DNA from: Amphiscolops sp. MND2022
Lineage: Eukaryota
Length of the DNA: 64,000 bases
NCBI GenBank assembly: GCA_964187785.1
Contig: OZ076409.1
Span: 66,342,001 to 66,406,000 of the forward strand
Direction of reading: 5' to 3'
Made by a program: the position numbers and the translations under genes. Position 1 is the first letter of the stretch. Each line of letters starts with the position of its first letter. Below, in pieces: positions 63,071 to 64,000 of this stretch. The notes beneath the pieces are model-generated. The model did no database searches, had not been told where the DNA came from, and was given only the letters and a program-made list of their open reading frames with translations.

Positions 63071-64000
63071 ACAAACCCCGAATCATATGTGAGTCGTCAC
63101 CAGTCGACCGGAGGACCATGAAATTTACCTAAGATGTTCACCTCCCAACCCTGAGTAAAATACATGGAAGATACATTAAACGGCCCATGGCGCGCGGAGT
63201 ATTGTTCGTTTTAGGCACACGGAACCTGACGCGCGAACCCGGTAAAAAAGGACATTTGGCCTTGGCTTGTAATACCTCAAACGAACCGCAATAACGATTG
63301 TAGTCAATTACTAACCTGAATGAAACTGTATTTGTGAACCATCCGGGGGTAACCGCATCAAGTAAACAAACCATACGCAAATCATTTAACTCGGCAATCA
63401 TTGACCCTAGAACCATACAACTTGGCATGTAACAATTTTGGATGAGTACGATTAACTTCAAGATCACGGGTGAACCTCATTGTCATCAGGGGGTGACTAT
63501 GAAAAAATAGGACGAAACGTATTATAAAACAAAAAAATCAGTGTCTTTGAGCAATAATTTACGCATTTGTCAGACGAGAAGATTCGTCAAAGACTGTTTG
63601 AAAAAATCATAATTAGTGGCCTTCGCCTTGCTATAAAAAAATAGGTAAACATGAAAAGAAACACATGCAAAATTAAGACGCCAACGCCCATCAGTGAAAA
63701 TGCCAAGTATGGTGAAAAACGAAGATGTAACCACCCGAAATACGTGCCAAAAACAAATACAACTGAGGCGAATTTGGATTACACTGGAAGAGACGCAGTC
63801 AAGTTAGAGAGCTAGAAGAAACTTGAGTCTCGCGGAGACAAAAAACACTTCTAACAAAGTGTGTTGTCGCTAGCTCAGAGTGGATTTGCTGACAAGTCCA
63901 GGCATTGTAGTTTGGTTAAAGTTGGAGCTTCAACAAGATTCAATCATGCCTAACGTACATGGCTGAACCGCGGATTCGATTGTGGTCGTATCCTTTCATT

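Overview
AT-rich metazoan genomic DNA (spliceosomal introns, synaptotagmin, Tc1, Ty3/gypsy and LINE elements), dominated by transposon debris. The repeat style suggests an acoel or similar marine invertebrate, but that is inference only. Two host genes are supported: a synaptotagmin-1-like gene with an intronless CDS (13858-15273, +), and a multi-exon + strand gene (from 35988, last traced exon ends 58726) with a low-complexity N-terminus leading into a probable PDZ domain. Mobile elements: a near-intact DD34E Tc1 (5215-6510), a deleted Tc1 (48331-49171), a full-length decayed Ty3/gypsy with 181-bp LTRs and a CTTTG TSD (49763-55708), a 5'-truncated LINE (about 31735-32766), several MITEs and two Helentron/HINE-like families. 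The best novelty candidate is a long-LTR family (three 1.6-1.7 kb LTRs at 18608-20264, 27892-29499 and 59561-61280). Its gag-like frame starts about 570 nt inside the LTR, and its internal region carries an antisense, intron-containing, decayed gene resembling a hAT transposase without catalytic residues, plus a second accessory ORF remnant. All coordinates, alignments and translations were done by eye; no searches were run.
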